This document shows, one piece after another, positions 24,033 through 38,065 of a stretch of 64,000 nt of DNA (its first letter is position 1; each line of letters begins with the position of its first letter). The DNA comes from Azolla caroliniana (taxonomy: Eukaryota; Plantae; Polypodiophyta), in contig JBHGNT010000021.1 of the NCBI GenBank assembly GCA_043228905.1, forward strand, positions 11,222,001-11,286,000, in the 5' to 3' direction. Made by a program: the position numbers and the translations under genes. The notes beneath the pieces are model-generated. The model was not told where the DNA came from and did no database searches. It saw nothing but the letters and a program-made list of their open reading frames with translations.

Positions 24033-26450
24033 ATGCTGCTCGAAGTTTCTAGGGAGCCCCACACTTGGTTGAACAAGCACGACGTAGGCAGATACCTCAA
24101 AGTGGTAGATGCACCCCCCACCTTGACACCATCACGAACATCCAGATCCGGTCGGTGTTGGGCCTACAACGAGGCGGGGACCATGACATCGAAGATCCGC
24201 CTTAAAACGTCCTCGAAGCTTCTTTCGGGGAGTACTCAGTAACAACAAAGGTGTATCATACACAAGGCGACCCTAACAAGTTCTTTGGCAATCTCGCCTT
24301 ATTTCATTTGGAGTTCGACTACGTGCACACTAACGCGTACAACATGCGAGAGAAGAAGGCCGGAATAATCATCAACACCTACAGAGGCGGTGCACTTGAT
24401 TGGGGAATCATCACATGGGAAGGAGTTTCCACCGGCTTCGGCTATCCGGGTGGGGAAACAATTCTTGCATGCCTTAGCACAATACTTATCTATGCTTTAC
24501 CCCCCTAGTCCACTACCACACCCCGCCGAACCCTCAACCTCCTCGCCCCACCCACCCAGGCGAGACAATGAGTTTTACAATTAGCTCAGGAAGAATGGTA
24601 GGATGATACGCCTGTCCAAACTCCCCCCTACGCCCTGACCGACCACCAATACTAGCACCTTGGACCTAGAAGACCATATCACCATAAGGGTGCACAAAAA
24701 ACTGAAGTCATCTTCCTGGTGGAGAAACCAAAACTCAAATTGGCCAGCACACAACAGGACCGTCGGGAGGAGACCCAGACAACCACAAATGACAACAGTC
24801 GGCAATCCCAGGAGCAACTGAAACAGCTCCCAGAAGAGTCTGCGGTCGCGAAGAAACCCTAACCCATGAGCCTCGCCAGAAAACGCCGTAGGCTATGCCG
24901 ACCTAGCGAAGAGCAAAGAGACTCCTCGGCCGAAAACCTCCAATTGGTCATCACTTCCGAGATGACTTTCAGTGTCATCCTAGACAAAGCCATGTCCTTG
25001 ATAGAAAATACAGAGAACGAACAAGCGTCCTGTGTCTCAGAAGAAGAAATGTTGTCATTCAGGGACCTTCCAGTTGAAGCCTATGAGCTCAGTGCGATCT
25101 TACAACACGACACAACATACGAGCTAATCGACTTTATTGCTCGTCTCCAAGTTGTCACGGTAGCACGCATGGCCCAGGAACATGTTGAGGAACAGATGAT
25201 CCAACGGGCGCTCACCAACAAGCTTGAATTGGACAACGAGCAAAAGAGCACTATGAAGTGGCCAAAGCAGAAGCCGACCAAATCTAGGAGTAGGTAGCAA
25301 AACGCGAAGCCAAACTCCAAGAATGGCTTGACGCAGAGACAAGCAAGCTTCGAGAAACTAAAGAAAATGTTGCGTTGGCTCTTAGGGCAGCAAACAAGGC
25401 TTCTACAGCCAAAATACATGAAATTGAGGAAGGATACCAATGGGCTACGGCCATTAGAAACAAACAACTCATGAGTCTCCAAAACGATCACACGAAATTC
25501 CAAGAAAGGTGTAGCCAACAACTTCAAATTTTGGAAGAAGCGGTATGAGACAAATATACATTGTGGGAGTCCCTCTAGCAGTTACAAATCTCTATAGCAC
25601 AAGACCGGGAATAGGAGCAAGAGTGGTATCTGCAAAAGTTAGCCGTGAATTTGGATCAACTCCTCCGACGCTACGATCTACATACGAAGGAAATGGAGAC
25701 AAAGCTCGCCGAGATAACCGTGTCGTTCAGAATCGTGAAAGCCAAGCTCAAGCGAGACTCCGTGACTGCCAAAGACGAACTAGACACCCTACATGCCAAA
25801 TATGACATGGGCGAAGCACTAGTGGTAAAGCACTGGCTAAAGCTGAAGGAGAAGGTCGAAACGGCACTAGCTCATGGATGAAAAGAATGGCTGGCTCAAG
25901 CAGCCAAATTGCAGGTCTCCCGAAGCAGATGCCGAGAATAAGAAAAAAGAGGTTCGTGGTTTTTACAAGATGGATGAGAATAGCATTTAGATCCTCCGCA
26001 AAGATCTCACCAAGGAATTCCAAGCTTTGGCCCGAACACACACCACAACCATCGGAAACCTCCTAGAGGAATTTAATGATGATCAACTACTGCTCATGAT
26101 GGAAACCAAAGGTTATGAATGTGCGCACCTACAAGCCGAGAAGGAAGAAGAAGCCGCGGCACATGCCTTAGCAAGCAGGTTGACTAGGGAAGCAGTCGAT
26201 GAGCCGAAAGAAAAAGAGGCGACACGCCCCGGCCCGGAGATGGAACAAGTGGTTGAACAGACCACGGAGCCAAAGCAGGAGGAAGTGGCTCCGATATCCA
26301 TGGCGGTAACTCAAGATCAACAGCTCGATGTGTCGACCGAGTACCACGAAGAAGAGCCAAAACAGGAGAAGGTGACTCGAAGCTAACTGAAGCCTAGGAG
26401 AATACGGAACAAAGGGATGATTTGATGCCCGATCTCACACTGAGGGAGTT
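24033..26450 (+). pseudogene. Ancient relic of the gypsy 3' extra ORF (T0 ORF2)
   Basis: WLNKHDVGRYLKVVDAPP, YHTQGDPNKFFG...LDWGIITWEG and FYKMDENSI...NDDQL match T2 ORF2 WLTENGLGGLLRVADAPP, YRTQGGENLLF...VDWLHFITEG and FYKMDEESI...DDGQL. Confidence 0.8.
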
Positions 26451-26818
26451 GAAGCAACTGAAGACTGAGTGTACAATAGAATTTTTCAGCTCTTTTCCCA
26501 ATTTCGTGATTTTGTTTTTTTTAGGTTCGACGCGCAAGGCATTTTCCCATGGGAGTGCCAAGTGTTTTCCGTGGGACAAAGGGCACGAGGTGTGAAATGA
26601 ATCTAAAGAGACATGTAGGTCAAGCAGGGAAAAAGGGAATCGGTCGAGCACTCATAGCCAAGGAACGTAGAACAAAATACATGTAACCGAGAATAAAGGT
26701 TGTGAATTAGGAGGAAGTAGCTGAAGGACGCGAAGGAGAGAATAGGCTATATGAATCGTGGAACAACAAAATGAAAAGGAGAGTGAGTATATGCATATCT
26801 TATGAAATAAGAGAAAGA

Positions 26819-27424
26819 TGACGTGGAATACGCAGATTAATCTCTGACAACAACCGAGGCGTAGATCGCTTGATGAAAATAAAAAAACCCCACAGACTAA
26901 ATGGGAATGGAGGTAAGTCGACAAAACAGAAAGAGAATACACAGGATATTAACGTGGAAAACCCTGAGAGGGAAAAACCACGGGAGTCCACAGACTCCAA
27001 ACTATCACTCTGTAAAGTAATACAACAGGGAGCATAGAGGCAACAACCTCTTGCTCACAATCTTCGCCTAGTAGCGGTTACAACAGAGACACAATCTCTG
27101 TATGTCGCTCTCTCTCTCTCTCTTACGCTCTGTACAGAGGTTACACCAATAACTCTATCATCATACCTATTTAGTTTTCCCTCGAACATATTTATACTAA
27201 TATGACTTTTGGGCTATTGAGAAATATAGCCCCAGTGGGCTCTCTGGAACATATTTACATATATGTCCCTTCCATCAGATGAGACGTTCTCATCGGGCCT
27301 ACAACATTCGGTTCTCACCGGGTCTTCCGTTGCCAAGCACTCCACATCCTGATTCGGCCTCGGCTGAGTTGCTCATCAACATTGTTCTTCTCACTTCCCA
27401 TCCGGAGGGACTTGTTTCCTAACA
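26819..27424 (-). repeat. 3' LTR of copia-C
   Basis: Direct repeat of 31419-32111; adjacent to PPT. Confidence 0.92.
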
Positions 27425-27434
27425 AACTCCCCCT

Positions 27435-30400
27435 TCACTCCGGCATGGGATGTCTTACTAGTCCGATCCGCTTCCGACATGCATCCAGCTTGTCGGGTAT
27501 TGGTACTTTGGTTAGCATATCTGACCCGTTCTTGGCCGTGTGGATCTTTGTCAGCACGAACTCTTGATCTTCTACTCGCTCCCGGATCCAATGATACCTA
27601 CGTTGGATGTGCTTCGTCCTGGAATGGTACGATGTGTTCTTAGCAAGGTGGATGGTACTTTGATTGTCGCAATAGAGCCGGTATTCATCTTGTCGGATAC
27701 CGAGCTCTCCGATAAAGTCCTTCATCCATAATATTTCCTTGCCGGCTTCCACATCGGCCATGTACTCTACCTCTGTGGTTGACAATGCAACCGTCTTCTG
27801 CAGCCTCGACTGCCACAAAACAGCTCCCCTGCATATGTCATTACATACCCGGATGTAGACTGGCTGGTATCCACATCAGCCGACATGTCCGAATCGGTAA
27901 AACCGTCAAGTTGAGTTTTACCGGAGCTGAATCGGAGACACATATTCGAAGTGCCCTTCAAGTACCGGAGTATCCATTTGACCGCGTCCTAGTGCTCCTT
28001 GCCGGGATTGCTCATAAACCGGCTCACCACTCCGACTGTGTATCCAATATCCGGCCGAGTACACACAATTGTGTACATCAAGCTCCCGACGGCAGAAGCA
28101 TATGGAACCTTCACCATATCTGCCATCTCTGCTTTCTTCTTCGGGCTTTGCTTACCGGATAGTCTGCAGTTTGCTGGGACTGTCGATCCGACCGGTTTTG
28201 CTTCTAACATGTTGAACCACTGAAGCACCTTTGTCATGTATTTCTCCGGTGACAACCACAATTGCTTCTTTGACCAGTCCCGGATTATGTGCATCCCCAG
28301 TATCTGTCTTGCCAGGCCCAAGTCTTTCATTAAGAAAGTTTGGTTGAGAGCCTTCTCAGCATCCGTATTTTGGCTTGGTCTCGTCCGACGATCAACATGT
28401 CGTCCACGTACAGAAGGAGTATCAGGAAGTCGCCTCCTTCGAACTTCTTCACAAACACGCAGTGCTCAGTTTGCGTTTTGTGATACCCTTGTTCGGTCAT
28501 GAAGGAGTCGAACTTCCGGTACCATTCTCGGGGAGCCTGCTTCAGTCCATACAGGCTCTTCTTCAACCGGCAAACCAAGTGCTCCTTCCCTTTCTCCACG
28601 AATCCTTCCGGTTGATGCATGTAGATCTCCTCTTCGAGGTCACCATGAAGGAATGCCATCTTCACGTCCAGCTGCTCTACCTCGAGGTCCATGCTTGCCG
28701 CTATGCTCAGCACTGTCTAGATGGAAGTCATCTTTACTACCGGGGCAAATATCTCATCGAAGTCCACGCCCTTCTTCTGCTGGAACCCCTTCACCACGGT
28801 CCGGGCTTTGTAACTTGGAGGGTTGCCGGCATCTCCCGGTTTCAACTTGTACACCAACTTGTTTCGGAGTGCCCTCCTTCCTTTCGGCAACTCCACCAAT
28901 TGATACGTGTGGTTCTCATGCAAGGAATTCATCTTGTCTTGCATGGCACTCAACCACTTGCGGCTATTGGTGTCATCCTTTGCTTCTTCGAAGCTTTCCG
29001 GCTCCCCCTCATCGGTCAGTAGCACATGCTCTGCATCTGGAAATTTCTGGGGGGGCCTTCTCTCTCTGAGAGGATATCTCCATCTTTGGCTTTTAGCAAT
29101 CGGCTCCTCTATTTGTTCTTCATCTGAATTCGATTCGGGTTCTTGGCCGGTTCCGGTTTCGGCTTCCTCTACTTCTTCTTCTGCCAGTTCGGTATCCGCA
29201 CCGTAATCGGCTGGTTCCTCGAGTGTCAACCGGCTCTTAGTTGGGTGGGTCTGAATCTCATCGATGTTCATTATCTTCTTCTCCGACTCCCAGTCGGCAA
29301 GAGTCTTGTCCTCCATGAAGATAATATCTCAGCTCCGGAAAACCTTCTTGTCACCCGGATCCCACACTCGGTAGCCGAACTCATCATCGCCGTATACGAG
29401 GAATATGCATGGTCAGGTCTTTGGATCCAACTTTCCTCTCCGGTCCTTAGCAACATGCACGTACGTGTGACACCCGAACACCTTCAAATGCCGGTAGGAC
29501 ACTTCCTTACAGGTCCACACCTTTTGCGGCATGTCTCCATCCAAGGGCACTGAGGGTGATCTGTTTATCACATACGTCGTTGTCGAGAATGCCTCAGCCC
29601 AAAACGTCTTGGGTAGTTTAGTTCCGGCGTCTTCGGCACGGTAAATTTGACACGGATTCCCTTCGAGCGGCAGTACTCCTCGAACTGCCCCCGATATTCT
29701 CCTCTGTTATCTGCTCGAACCGCCTTCAGCTTCCGGCTGGTTTCTCTTTCCACTCTCGCGTGGAGCTCTTTGAAGACGGATAGCACCTGATCCTTCGTCT
29801 TCAACTGTGTGGCCCATAGCTCCCGGTTGTGGTCATCTATGAACATCACGAAGTACTGTGATCTGGCATGTGACTTCGTGTCCACTTGACACACATCAGT
29901 ATGCACCAACTCCAGTGGTGCGTTACATCTCATCGGTGGCCTTGATCAGAAGGAGGTCCGGTTTTGCTTACTGGCTAGGCAATCGATGCACCTCTCAAGA
30001 TGCACGTTCTTCACTGGAATGAGGTTGTCATCGGCAAGCCTCTTCATCCCCTTCACGCTCATGTGACACAATCTCTTGTGCCACATCTCACCGGCAGTGT
30101 CGGAAGCCACATTCACTTCTTCCGGACATAACCGGGCATTCATCAGGTACAACGTGTTGACCTTCCAGGCCCAAGCCACTATAGACTCCCTTTGCTGAAT
30201 TTCATGACTCCGTTCCGGATGCTACCCGTGTAGCCTTCATCATCTAGCCGACTGGCTGATATCAGGTTCAGTCGAACCTCCAGAACGTGTCTGACATTCT
30301 TCAGCAGCAGCTTGCATCCGGTTGGTGTTGTCGACCACACGTCTCCTATGCCGACAATTCAGCATGTAACTTCATTCCCCATCCGGACAAAGCCGTGATC

Positions 30401-31387
30401 ACCAGCTGAGTAGGATGAGAAGCATTTTTGGTCCGGGATAAGGTGGAATGACGCTCCGAAATCGACAACCCACGTTGTCTCGTCGCCGGCAAGGTTCAAC
30501 TCACTCTCCTCAGTGATGAGCATCAACTCTTCTTCACTTGCCGCGATTGTCGTCGTTACCTTCCGGTCCGGCCCCCTCTGGTCTTTACCGTTCCGGTCCG
30601 GTGTCCGCTTCGAATTGGTACCATTGGTTTCCTTGTCTTTTTGGAAGTGCCGACAGTTCTTTTGGAAGTGTCCCGGCTTGCCGCAATAGAAGCAGGTAGG
30701 CCTCCCCCTTGACTTTGACCACGTCCCCGACTTCTCCCGGTTCTGGGGACTACGGTTCCTTTGTCTTCCACGTTCCGATTCGGTAATGAGCGCTTTGGAG
30801 TCGGAGTTCGTATCCTTGTGTTTCTGACGCGTCTCCTCATCTAGCAAGCTCGACTTCACTCCTGCTAGGGATATCCGTTTTCCTTCTAGCCCGGTGTTGC
30901 CCAAAGTGAAAACCAACGTCTCCCAGCTATTTGGGAGGGAACCGAGCAGGAGTAGTGCTAGTACCTCATCGGTGAGAGGTACTTCCAATGATGTTGCCTA
31001 GTGAATCAGCCCCTGGAAGGCATTCATGTGCTCCGCCATGCTGGAGCCATCTTGGTACCGGAGTCTTACTAGCTTCCGAAATACCGAAACTTGATTAACA
31101 ACATTTTTGTTCTGAAACATAATGTTGATCTTCTCCCAGAGCTCATGAGCCTTGCTCTCTTCATTGAAGTTGTTGTATAGACTCATGTCGATGAAGCACC
31201 GTATGTATTCCGTTGTCTTCATGTGCATCACCTCCCATATCGTGGCATCGATTTTGTCTGGTCTCTTGTCCCCGAACTGAACCGGCAACCAAAGATCTTT
31301 AACCACGAGCATGTCCCTCATCTTCGACTTCCACACTGAGTAATTGGAGCCGGTGAGCTTGAACATGCCTCCCAACGAATCATCCAT
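27435..31387 (-). pseudogene. copia-C gag-pol pseudogene
   Basis: FKLTGSNYSVWKSKMRD gag, CFYCGKPGHFQKNC, WVVD.GASFH, LVHTDVC, LYGLKQAPREW, LYVDD, KHIQRRYHWIRE; stops and frameshifts. Confidence 0.93.
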
Positions 31388-31418
31388 TTTTCTGTGTCGT
31401 TTCGCTCTAATACCAATT

Positions 31419-32111
31419 TGATGTGGAATACGCAGATTAATCTTCGGCAACAACCGAAGCGTAGATCACTTAATGACAATCAAAAAACCCACAGACTAAA
31501 TGGGAATGGAGGTAAGTCGACAAAACAGAAAGAGAATACACAAGATATTAACGTGGAAAGCCCTGAGAGGGAAAAACCACGGGAGTCCACAGACTCCAAA
31601 CTATCACTCTGTAAAGTAATACAACAGGGAGCATAGAGGCAACGACCTCTTGCTCACAATATTCGCCTAGCAGCGGTTACAATAGAGACACAATCTCTGT
31701 ATGTCGCTCTCTCTCTCTCTCTCTCTCTCTCTTACGCACTGTACAGAGGTTACACCAATAACTCTATCATCATACCTATTTAGTTTGCCCTAGGTCATAT
31801 TTATACTAATATGACTTTCGGGCTATTTAGAAATATAGCCCCAGTGGGCTCTCTGGAACATATTTACATATATGTCCCTTCCATCCGATGAGAGGTTCTC
31901 ACCGGGCCTGCAACATCAGGTTCTCACCGGGTCTTCCTTGCCAGGTACTCGTCATCTGGTTCTCATCGGGTCTTCTGTTGCTGGGTACTCCACATCTGGT
32001 TCTCACCGGGTCTTCCGTTGCCGGGTACTCCACATCCGGATTCGGCCTCGGCCGAGTTGCTCATCAGCACTGTTCTTCTCACTTCCCATCCGGAGGGACT
32101 GTTTCCTAGGA
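31419..32111 (-). repeat. 5' LTR of copia-C with expanded ~40-bp U3 repeats
   Basis: Extra copies of GGTTCTCACCGGGTCTTCC...ACTCCACATC at ~31895-32040 relative to the 3' LTR. Confidence 0.9.
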
Positions 32112-32353
32112 AAAGAATGACGAATATAATCGACCTGTGTTGACTTGTAATCAATTTTATCCAGTAATCAATATGCATACCTTTTTGGGTCATTTTTGTG
32201 TATGTTTTTGTAATCTGTACTATCGAGTCTATTATTCTTACTATGTAACTGACCGGCCTACTTGGTCCTAGTGTAGTCCCCTACGCAACTACGATTCCTT
32301 GACTCTATTACTTAGGGAGTAATTGAAGGTGTGTCCCCGAGAAGGAGATAACA

Positions 32354-32850
32354 TGAAAATGCCAAGATAAGCCGACAACAAGGATTGGCAAAGAAAGACA
32401 CCACGATCCGACCTCAAGTTGAACTTGAGGGGAAGTGTTGGGTGGACAAGGTCGACATGATCCGGATTGGCTGGGTAAACCAGAGTCGTATCGGTATACG
32501 GAACAAGGAACTGGATCGGTGTCTGGAACCAAGAGCCTGATTGTAATCCGGATCTGTAACCAGTAGGCCTTTAGAGTCCTATGATCCTAGCCTAGTATGT
32601 AGGCATATTTTTAGGAGTTAGTGTCAGTTGCTCGGTACAAGCATTGAAGTACTTGTCAGTCATTTAAGGACTTGTATACAAATGTGCTCTATAGCACATT
32701 TGTATGTACACAATTCATAGAGTATTTTTGAATTTGAGTTCACGTTCTGCTCTCTCCCTCCCTCTCTCTCTCTCTCTCATGCGTACTGTGTATTCTCAAG
32801 CTTCCATTAAACCTTCGTTTCTGTCTTTCTGTCGATATTCGGCTGAGTCG
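32354..32850 (+). mobile_element. Orphan copia 3' end: PPT plus partial LTR of the copia-A/B superfamily
   Basis: GTTGAACTTGAGGGGAAG then TGTTG at 32436; shares GTTAGTGT...GCATTGAAGTAC...GGACTTGTATA and CCATTAAACC with A/B LTRs; right boundary uncertain. Confidence 0.7.
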
Positions 32851-32859
32851 GTTGTGCCT

Positions 32860-33150
32860 ACCCTTTGATAAGTCCTTGGCATGAAGCAAATCATTAGGCC
32901 TTAATACATGTTGTGGAAAAGAACATGGACAATTACTTAGATGTTGAGTATGAACCTCAAGGATATCAAGTAACTGACCATTGTGATTAATAAGAGTCTT
33001 GCCTTTTAATTTAGACTCCATTATTGGAGTTTTCCACATTACTTCTTTGTATGACCCTTTGTTTTGCAATACCCACAGTTAGGTATTTGTCACATAGAGT
33101 CACGAGTTGAGAATTCATTGGTTGTCTTTAGACTCCCACATGCATGTAAG
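32860..33150 (-). pseudogene. Possible retroelement gag remnant
   Basis: Minus strand reads CGYCKTKGHTKK*C, a broken CCHC knuckle near 33035-33080. Confidence 0.35.
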
Positions 33151-33154
33151 CAAG

Positions 33155-35670
33155 ACATCCGAACACCTTTAGATGCCGGTAGGATACATCCTTACCGGTC
33201 CATACTCTTTGCGGTGTGTCTCCATTCAAGGTACTGAGGGTGATCTTTTTATCACATAGGTCACCGTCGTCAGCGCCTCAACCCAAAATGTCTTTGATAA
33301 CTTGGCATGTGCTAGCATGCTCCAGACTCTCTCCATCACAGTTCAGTTCATCCGTTCGGCCAGCCTGTTCAACTCCGGCGTCTCCAGCATGTTGAATTCG
33401 AACCGGATTCCCTTCGACCGACAGTACTCCTCGAACTGCCCCCCGGTATTCTCCTCCATAGTCCAGTCGAACTACCTTCAACTTCTGGTTGGTTTCTCTT
33501 TCCACTCTCACGTGAAGCTCCTTGAAGACAGATAGCACCCGATCCTTTGTCTTCAGCTATGAGACCCACAGCTTCCGGTTGTGGTCGTCTACGAACGTCA
33601 CGAATTACTGCGATCCGGCATGTGACTTCATGTCCACTTGACACACATCTATATGCACCAACTCAAGTGGTGCATTTCGTCTCATCGGTGGTCTTGACTG
33701 GAAGGAGGTTCGGTTTTGCTTGCCGGCTAGGAAATCGGTGCACTTCTCAAGTTCCACGTCCTTCACGAGAATGAGATTATCTTCGGCAAGTCTCTTTATC
33801 CCCTTCTGGCTCATATGACACAGTCTCTTGTGCCACAACTCACTGGTAGTGTCGGATGCTAGGTGTATCCAGGCATTCATCAAGTACAACGTGTTAACCT
33901 TCCGGGCTCGAGCCACTATTAGGCTCCCTTTGCTGAACTTCATAATGTTGTTCCGGATGTTACCTATGTAGCCTTCATCATCTAGCCGACCGACTGATAT
34001 CAGGTTCAGTCGAACCTCCGGAACATGTCGGACATCCTTTGGCAACAACTTGCATCTGGATGATGTCGTCAACAACACATCTCCTATGCCGACAATTCGG
34101 CATGTACCTTCATTCCCCATCCGAACACAACCATGATCACCGGCTGTGTAGGATGAAACTCATTTCCGATCTGGTGTCAGGTGGAACGATGCTCTGGAAT
34201 CGACAACCCACGTTGTCTCGTTGCCGACAAGGTTTAACTCATTCTCCTCTTCACTTGTCGCAATTGCCGACGATCCTTCACGATCCGAGCCTCTCCGGTT
34301 CAAACTCTTCTTTGAATCGGTAGTGCCGGTTTCTTTCTCTTTCCGGAAATGCGGATAGTTCTTCTTGAAATGCCCCAACTTCCCACAGTAGAAGCAAGTA
34401 GGCCTCCCCCTTGACTTCAACCTCGTCCCTGATTTGTCCTGGTTTTCGGGAATCTGATACCGACCTCTTCCCCAGTTGTGGTCATCTTTCGTGACCAAGG
34501 CCTTCAGAACGGTTCCGGACTCCCAGTCCTTCCAGCGAGCTTCTTCATCTGGCAAGCTTGACTTGACTCTTGCTAGGGACAATTGTTTTTCATTCCGGCC
34601 TGGGTGTTACCCAACGTGGCAACTAGCGTCTCCCAACTATTCGGGAAGGAACTATGCAAGAGCAATGCGAGTACCTCATCCGTGAGAGGTACTTCCAACG
34701 AGTTTGCATGATGTATTAGCTCCTGGAAGGCATTCATGTGCATACTGGAGCCCCCCTAGTATTGGAGCCTCACTAGCTTCCGAAATACTGAAACCCGATT
34801 AACGACATTCTTGTTTTGGAACATGATGCCAATCTTCTCCTAGAGTTTATGATCCTTGCTCTCTTCATTAAAGTTGTTGTACAAACTCATGTCGATGAAG
34901 CACCGGATGTATGCCGTCGTTTTGATGTGCATCACCTCCCACACTGTGGTGTCGTTCTTATCCGGCCTCTTGTCCCCGAACTGTACCGTCAACCAAAGAT
35001 CTTTAACCACCAGCATATCCCTCATCTTCGACTTCCACACTGAGTAGTTGTAGCTGGTGAGCTTGAACATGCCACCAAACGATTCTTCCATTTCCTGTGT
35101 TGTTCCCTCTGATACCAAATTGTGAAGAATAGCACAGAATATTGCTCAACCACAACCAAGTCTTGAATCACTTCAATGAGAATGAAACACAGAAATGGGA
35201 AATATAGAGTGAACACACGTACACACACAAGCAATATAGAGTACTTAGGATGTTTACATGGAAAACCCTAATAGGGAAAAACCATAGGAGCCCACAGACT
35301 CGGAGGCAACGACCTCGAACTCTGTTTCTTCGCCAAGCGGCGGTAACAACAGAAACCGTTCTGTATCTCACTCACTCACACACACACACTCTCTCTCTCT
35401 CTTTATCACTTGCTCTATCTAACAGTTATACATACAAAACATATGACAACATTCTCGTAAAGTGATTGCCCTAAGTCATATTTATACTTATATGAACTTA
35501 GGGCTATTTACAAATATAGCCTCAAAAGGCTTACTCAAAACTTAGGGTACATTCGATCCAGTTTCCGGATCTCTTTCAGTTCTCACCGGGTCCATCCGAT
35601 CCGGTTTCCGGATCTCTTCCAGTTCTCACCAGGTCCTCTTCATCCATCACCGGATCCCATCCGGAGGGAC
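33155..35670 (-). mobile_element. Truncated copia-D (copia-C family): partial LTR, PBS, gag-PR-INT
   Basis: LTR from 35121, PBS TGGTATCAGAG 35107-35117, gag FKLTSYNYSVWKSKMRD, CFYCGKLGH, LWHKRLCH; RT and RNase H absent. Confidence 0.88.
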
Positions 35671-36424
35671 CGATGTAAGCTTTGTGTTACATTAGTCTCA
35701 AATGGAGACCACACCATCAAATGACAACTTTACCTCCAAGCTCATGACTAACATAGGCGATCTTTTCTTAAAGATGTTGACAAAGTCATCCCATGCAGCA
35801 TGCAACTTTTGGGCATTCTGAAACCTACATCATCAAGCAACAACTTTATCTCCAAGCTCACGACTAACATAGGCAATCTTTGTATGGTTTGGCTTGGGAT
35901 ACAGCTCGAAATGAGACTCCCAATGACCATGCCAAGTACTAATAACTTCTTGTAAAGAATCAATGGTGATTCTTGTGTAGCGGAATAGATGTGTGTTATG
36001 TGTGTATATGTGTGAGAGAAGAAGAGTGGAGAGAAAAGAGAACTCAAGATAGATAAATGATAGGAAATTAGAATACTCAATAAGAAGGTGTATATTTCAC
36101 AAGTAGAATAAGATTTTCAAAGTGTAGCATAACAAGGAGTCACAACCGACTTAGTATGAAGTATGAGGGTGCTTTATATAGAGTCACCCTCTCTCTTCAT
36201 TAACTTTACAACAAACACTCTCTCTCTTGGGGAATGTGAAGACTCAAGTCATGGGGAATATGTAACTCATTAGTTATGTGTCATAGAATATGATTCTATG
36301 ACACATAGTTAATGTGTAGAGAGTAGTGGTGTGACTCTTGACTTTTGAGTAATCATGGATTCTCAAAAGGTGTGTTCACACATTGTGCTATGTTGAGCTT
36401 GATTCTCAACACGCCCCCTCAAGC

Positions 36425-37746
36425 TCAACTTGGGTTGGTATCCGGTTCAGACAATCTCCGGTGTCCGCTCGTTATCTGGTTCTCGCTTGTACTCCCCCTC
36501 AAGCTTGGCAAGTCAGGGATTGTCAATCCAAGGTCTGAGATGAATTGCCTAAGCTTGTCGGCTCCTAGGGCCTTCGTGAAGATGTTGGCCGTTTGAAGAT
36601 TTGTATTGATGTGTTGAAGGTCGACATCTCCGGCTTGAACACGCTCCCGAATGAAGTGATAGTGCACTTCGATATGCTTCGTGCGTGCATGGAACACCGG
36701 GTTCCGAGCTAGATAAATATTGCACATGTTGTCACAATAAAGGGGATTCGGATCCTTGATGGGAACGCCCAGATCCTTCAAAATCCTCTTGAGCCATACG
36801 GCTTCACACGCAGTTTTGGTTGCGCCCCTGTATTCCGCCTCCATACTCAAAAGAGCGATGGTAAGCTGCTTCTTGCTACTCCATGAAATCGCTCCGCTGC
36901 TGAGGGATAAGACAAATCCGGAGGTCGATCGTCGATCGGCTTTGTAGCCAGCCCAATCCGCGTCTGTATACCTTTCGAGTTGTATTGGTGTGGCCGATGC
37001 GTAGAGAACGTCGTAATACATTGTGCCGCTCACGTATCGTAATACTCGGCTAGCGCAATCGAAGTGAGTGTCGCGTGGCTTTTGCATGAATTGGCTGAGG
37101 AGTCTGACTAGATAGCTAAGGTCAGGTCGAGTGATCGTGAGGTAGATGAGGCTCCCGATCAGTTGACGATATTGAGTCGGATCGCACTTCGTGCCGGAGT
37201 CGGCATCCAGTTTGAGGTTTCTATCGAGAGGCGTAGCGATGGATTTGCACTCCGTCATCCCGAACTTGTATAACAGGTTGAGAATGTATTGCCGTTGAGA
37301 GATCATAATGCCAGCTGGAAGCCGAATTACTTCGATGCCAAGGAAGTAATGGAGCTCCTTCATGTCCGTCATCTCGAATTTTCTGGAGAGGAGGGACTTG
37401 ACCTTGTTGATGTCGACTAGACTTTCACCTCCAATGACCAGATCATCCACGTATAGGATGATGACAATTAAGCTTCTAGAGTCGTGTCGTATGTAGAGGG
37501 AGTTGTCGGATTTTGACATTCGAAAACCGATTTGATGAAGATAGTGCGTAATCTTCGAATGCCAAGCACGCGGTGCTTGCTTAAGGTCGTAGAGTGACTT
37601 CTTGAGTTGGCATACGGCTTTTGGATGAATGCGCGATTCGAAGCTGGGTGGTTGTACCATGTAGACCTCCTCATCTAATTTGCCTTGGAGAAAGGTGTTC
37701 TTGACGTCCATTTGGTGGAGGTGCCACCCTTTTTCCGCTACAAGTG
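36425..37746 (-). pseudogene. copia-E RT / RNase H segment
   Basis: MDVKNTFLQG, LKQAPRAW, LYVDD, YTDADWAG, KHIEVHYHFIRE. Confidence 0.93.
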
Positions 37747-38027
37747 TGTTATTGTGTTACCCCGTACGAGCTGTACTGAGAGTCAAGTGTGATGAGCGAG
37801 GGTCGAATATTATCATGATGATCTTGTATATGTGTAGGGAACATAAATGTAATTGTGAGTCGATATGTATGTGAACACATGCACACGTGTGTGCATGTGG
37901 AGGGATACGATGAGGTGTGAGTGAGTGTCCAATATGAATGCTCTAGGGGGCTTACACCCCTTTGTATCTACCCCCTCTTGTACTATTTAACCCCTTTATG
38001 GGGAATGAATGATAAATGAATCATTTC

Positions 38028-38065
<38 letters not shown>

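Larger units (their letters stand above)
26819..32111 (-). mobile_element. Ty1/copia element copia-C (Tnt1/Tork-like), full length, degenerate ORF
   Basis: LTRs 26819-27424 and 31419-32111; TSD AAAGA (26814-26818 / 32112-32116); PBS TGGTATTAGAGC 31404-31415; PPT AGGGGGAGTT 27425-27434. Confidence 0.93.
26563..32353 (+). repeat. Probable 3' LTR of T0 (26563-26818 plus 32117-32353), split by copia-C
   Basis: Starts TGTT directly after the family-conserved pre-LTR motif GGCATTTTCCCATGGGAGTGCCA; ends TAACA; halves joined by the AAAGA TSD. Confidence 0.65.

Noticed and set aside
6309-32358. TGAAA at 6309-6313 and 32354-32358 as a TSD making the 32436 LTR the 3' LTR of copia-A
   Set aside because: T0 lacks its 5' LTR at that junction and the 32436 LTR is too diverged from 1408-1832; chance match or deletion between two related copia copies is more likely, though not excluded
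35680-35950. Short duplicated block ACAACTTTA.CTCCAAGCTCA.GACTAACATAGGC.ATCTT
   Set aside because: Two copies in an unassignable decayed fragment; no further structure could be supported
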